NCBI RefSeq assembly: GCF_006345805.1
Contig: NC_043007.1
Coordinates: forward strand, 24,304,001-24,368,000
Length of the DNA stretch: 64,000 nucleotides
Source of the DNA: Octopus sinensis
Lineage: Eukaryota
Direction: 5' to 3'
Within the stretch, counting starts at the first letter, position 1. Each line of letters starts with the position of its first letter. The notes beneath the pieces were generated by a model, which saw only the letters and a list, made by a program, of their open reading frames with translations, made no database searches and was not told the origin of the DNA. A program made the position numbers and the translations under genes. Positions 59,546-64,000 of this stretch are shown piece by piece.

Positions 59546-60387
59546 AAAGTGTAGAAGGAAAGTAAAGGGGAAAGATGAAAGAGAAAAAATGGTTGGAAAA
59601 AGAAAGATAAAACTGTGTAAGTCATTAGGAATAAGATGGAAATGTAGTTATATGGGGAGAGTTAAGAAGGGAGAAAGGAACAGGTGCATGTATATATGTG
59701 AATGTATAGGAGTGTATCCATGTGTGTAGAGGTTTCCAAGTACAGAAGTATAGTGGTGTGGGTTAGTGAAGGTGTGGGGTGTTGCTGTGTGTGTATGTAA
59801 TCATTAACTGTGTCTGAAAAAGTGTAAAGGTGAGAAAGTGAAAGTAGGCATGAGTGCAAGGTAAAAGGAAAGAAAGGGAGATGGACGGAATGATAGAAGG
59901 GTATGTAAGGGTATGGGTGTTAGATGCTGTAATGTGGTGGAAAGTTATGGACGAGAGAGGAGAAAGAGAGGTACAACACTAGTGTAAGACAGGGAAGTAA
60001 ATTAGTGAGGTACATAAAGCAGCAAAAAGAAATCAATGGAAGTGAACATAAACTATATAAATGAAAGGGCAAAAAAAAAAAAAGAAAAAAGAGAAAAAAG
60101 GGGGGAATGGACAATTGAGTTCAATGAGATTAGAGAAATGAGAGAAAATTATGAGTAATATTAGAGAAAAATAATTGCAATAAAACATTGGTAAAAATAA
60201 ATGAATAAAAATATTAAATTGGCTGTGTACCAGGGGGTACACAACTAGTGCAAAATCTGAAGAGATAGAATTGGCCACAGTGAAGCTGATAAACAAACGT
60301 TAGTATGATGATGCACTTGGAAAAGTCAAACAATAGGGGTGTCAACATGTGATGGAGTTAAGGGTGAGCCCTAAGTTAATTCAGTTT

Positions 60388-60736
60388 CGTTCGTTGTTTT
60401 CGTTGTTCGACGGATCCAGCGCCTTTCCTGGAAGCTTTCGCCCGCTTCTGGCCTAGTGGTTAGAGCAGCGGACTCGCGGTCGAGGGATCGCAGGTTCGAA
60501 TCTCAGACCGGGTGATGTGTGTGTTTATGAGCGAAAACGCCTAAGCTCCACGCGGCTCCAGCAGAAGGTAATGGCGAACTTCTGCTGACTCTTTCACCAC
60601 AACTTTCTCTCACTCTTTCCTCCTGCATCTTGCAGCTCACCTGCGACGGACCGGCGTCCTGTCCAGGTGGGGAACCTATACGCCAAGGAAACCGGTCCTT
60701 ATGAGCCAGGTATGGCTCGAGAAGGAACAAACGAAC
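60388..60736 (+). mobile_element. SINE with family R head, different 3' half, a 5' extension and 10-bp TSD
   Basis: aattcagttt at 60378-60387 and 60737-60746; head tggcctagtggttagagcagcggactcgcgg..ggttcgaatc from about 60442. Confidence 0.85.
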
Positions 60737-61371
60737 AATTCAGTTTAGGGTGATCCCTAAGTTAATTCAGTTTCTGATTGATTGAGCTGCAGCTTATTCT
60801 GTAACTGGCATAACCTGGACCTACAGTTTGGTGCTTGCGTCATCTTCTCTCTCTCTAGTGCGGCTCATTGCTTTTGTAGTTGATGATGCTGTGCCACACT
60901 AGATTTAGAATATATGAAACTTTGTTTCTGTGCTGCCTAATTGCTTGTGTCTTACTCTACCAGACAGTTTAAGCATCTAGGGCAACTGTTACTGAAAGAC
61001 CCAGGTGCTTCCTCTGCATTCACATCTCCAATTGTTTTATCTACCACACTGCTGTCAACATGAAGGACATTTGAACATTGATTTTGGCTTTCTTGCCATC
61101 ACACACACACACATGCACACACACACACGCACACACACACACACACACACACAAGTGAGTGTATGTGTGTGCATATATATATGTGTGTGTTGAAACACAG
61201 TTTCTATTCAACATTTCATCTATTCAATAAGACAATCAATACTTCATTTCATTTTACTATATATATATTATTTATACTATATATTCTATATTCTACATTA
61301 ATATTATAAAGAATATAAATAAAACATAAAAAACAGATGGAATTCCTCTGAATAATATATATATATATATA

Positions 61372-61740
61372 TAGGCGCAGGAATGGCTGTGTGGTAAGTA
61401 GCTTGCTAACCAACCACATGGTTGCGGGTTCAGTCCCAGTGCGTGGCATCTTGGGCAAGTGTCTTCTGCTATAGCCTCGGGCCGACCAATGCCTTGTGAG
61501 TGGATTTGGTAGACAGAAACTGAAAGAAGCCTGTCGTATATATATATATATATGTGTGTTTGTCCCCCTAGCATTGCTTGACAACCGATGCTGGTGTGTT
61601 TACGTCCCCGTCACTTAGCGGTTCGGCAAAAGAGACCGATAGAATAAGTACTGGGCTTACAATAGAATAAGTACTGGGCTCGACTAAAGGCGGTGCTCCA
61701 GCATGGCCGCAGTCAAATGACTGAAACAAGTAAAAGAGAG
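61372..61740 (+). mobile_element. SINE B, full length, with small internal duplication
   Basis: atagaataagtactgggct occurs twice; preceded by (TA)n. Confidence 0.88.
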
Positions 61741-61779
61741 AGAGATATATATACATAAATACATTCACACACACATCTA

Positions 61780-62010
61780 TATCATCATCACTTTAGCAGC
61801 CACTTTACCATGCCATATTTGTATGGGTCAGATGGAGTTTATAGGGCCAGATTTTCTACAGCCAACTGCCCTTCCTTTTGACAACCGTCACCAGTTTCCA
61901 AGTGAGGTAATACTTCTCCATGGCCAGACATGTTTTCACAGAATATTGAAAATGAACAACACTGCTTGTATGACAGTGATAATCATTTACAACTATTATG
62001 CAGTGTTAAG
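61780..62010 (-). mobile_element. Family D repeat
   Basis: Similar to 4530-4745. Confidence 0.55.
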
Positions 62011-62419
62011 ATAAGGTGACACAAACACCTACCCACACGTGCACACATATACATACAAATGCACATGCACACATGCAATTGCACACACGCACATGCACAC
62101 ATGACAAATTTCTTTCAGTTTCCATCTACTAAACCCATCCACAAGGCTTAAGATTTTGGTTGACCTAGGATTATAGTAGAAGACACCTACCCAAAGTGCC
62201 ATGCAGAGGGACTGAACCTGGAACCATGTGGTTGGAAAACACACTTCTTAACCACACAGCCAAGCCTGCATCATATGTATAATATAGGGTGGCCCGAAAG
62301 TAGGTTTACAGTTATTCAATTATCCCTTTCGCATTCATATATTAATGGTGTTATGCAAATAACGTTGATATAAAGAGAATGCACATTCGACAGGAAGAGG
62401 AAGAGAGAGATGGATGGAA

Positions 62420-62800
62420 GGACTCCGTTGGTTACGACGATGAGGGTTCCGGTTGATCCGAATCAACGGAACAGCCTGCTCGTGAAATTAACGTGTAAGT
62501 GGCTGAGCACTCCACAGACACGTGCACCCTTAACGTAGTTCTCGGGGATATTCAGCGTGACACAGAGAGTGACAAGGCCGGCCCTTTGAAATACAGGTAC
62601 AACAGAAACAGGAAGTAAGAGTGAGAGAAAGTTGTGGTGAAAGAGTACAGCAGGGATCACCACCATCCCCTGCCGGAGCCTCGTGGAACTTTTTTAGGTG
62701 TTTTCGCTCAATAAACACTCACAACGGCCGGTCTGGGAATCGAAACCGTGATCCTATGACCGCAAGTCCGCTGCCCTAACCACTGGGCCATTGCGCCTCC
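62420..62800 (-). mobile_element. SINE family R, full length
   Basis: Reverse-complement match to 39261-39668. Confidence 0.88.
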
Positions 62801-62977
62801 ACTAGGAAGAGAGAGAACGGCCATTCGGAATAACATACAGGACTATGACTAAAAATTAGTTTCGCTGAACCTGTGTTAGATATTTGCACTTTTACAATCT
62901 GGTCACTGATACAGTTCCATCATAGCTCAGGGTCAGAGATGACAAAAATTTAGACACCAAATAATAAATATTTAAAT

Positions 62978-63390
62978 CGTGGTTGTGTGGCAAGTAGCTT
63001 GCTTACCAACCACATGGTTCTAGGTTCAGTCCCACTGCGTGGCACCTTGGGCAAGTGTCTTCTACTATAGCCTCAGGCCGATCAAAGCCTCGTGAGTGGA
63101 TTTGGTAGACGGAAACTGAAAGAAGCCCATCATATATATGTATATGTATATATATCTATATATATATGTGTGTGTGTATGTGTTTGTCCCCCCCCCCAAC
63201 ATTGCTTGACAACTGATGCTGGTGTGTTTGCATCCCCGTAACTTAGCAGTTCGGCAAAAGAGACCGATAGAATAAGTACTAGGCTTACAAAGAATAAGTC
63301 CTGGGGTCGATTTGCTCGACTTAAGGCGGTGCTCCAGCATGGCCACAGTCAAATGACTGAAACAAGTAACAGAGTAAAAGAGTAAAAGAG
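62978..63390 (+). mobile_element. SINE B, near full length
   Basis: All modules; tail agagtaaaagagtaaaag. Confidence 0.88.
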
Positions 63391-63749
63391 TTCTTTAATG
63401 GTTATTATGTGACATCCACATTGCAATCGTTTTAGTCTCAACACAGAGTCTCAGATCAAATCAATTTATTAGGCAAGTACATCTCTGAAATTAATATAAT
63501 ACACTAAATGTAAATAAAAAGCAAAGAAAAAATGTAATGGCGCCATTAAGCTTGATAATGACTTTGTATATCTTAAGGTTCTTCAACACAAAATGGTCAA
63601 AAAGATTACAAAACCATTGGAATGTGTACTCGTGCTAATGCAATTGGTATAACAATGCGCATATCGACAAAATGGCATTTGATAATGAACTGTCACAGAA
63701 AATGGAAAGTGAAGCAGTAATTCTCAACACTTTTTCATTAATGTATGAT

Positions 63750-63841
63750 TACACACACACACACACAAATACTATATATGTGTATATATACATACATATA
63801 TACATATACATATATATACATATATATATATATACATACAC

Positions 63842-63880
<39 letters not shown>

Positions 63881-63883
63881 CAC

Positions 63884-63945
<62 letters not shown>

Positions 63946-63953
63946 TATGTATG

Positions 63954-63999
<46 letters not shown>

Positions 64000-64000
64000 C
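63750..64000. repeat. (CA)n/(TA)n microsatellite field
   Basis: Direct reading. Confidence 0.95.

Noticed and set aside
63535-63548. 14-bp palindrome taatggcgccatta (paired homeodomain-type sites)
   Set aside because: Several 14-bp palindromes are expected by chance in 64 kb; no supporting context

Overview
Repeat-saturated, AT-rich eukaryotic DNA with no confidently identifiable host protein-coding gene, rRNA, functional tRNA or CRISPR array. The SINE families and microsatellite load match what I recall of Octopus (coleoid cephalopod) genomes; this is recognition from memory and needs a BLAST check. Contents: (i) many copies of at least four tRNA-derived SINE families, labelled here A, B, F/G and R (they may correspond to the published octopus OK/OR1/OR2 SINEs, but I cannot assign which); (ii) a (GAT)n-tailed non-autonomous retroposon (family C) with an internal 60-62 bp VNTR; (iii) truncated CR1, RTE and Tx1/L1-type LINE fragments; (iv) two DD37D (maT-type) Tc1/mariner transposase pseudogene fragments, hAT/piggyBac/mariner-type MITEs, foldback elements and Helitron-like non-autonomous elements; (v) a 17-copy 133-bp tandem array built from about 22-bp subunits, a 717-bp tandem duplication and abundant simple repeats. 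Almost all ORFs in the supplied track are microsatellite or repeat artefacts. The most interesting signals are three short-stem-III hammerhead-ribozyme-like motifs in Penelope-type repeats, the VNTR-bearing retroposon, a recurrent SINE concatemer junction in a hairpin loop, several long hairpins, and one candidate exon near 23.5 kb. Repeat boundaries were read by eye and are approximate unless TSD/TIR coordinates are given.
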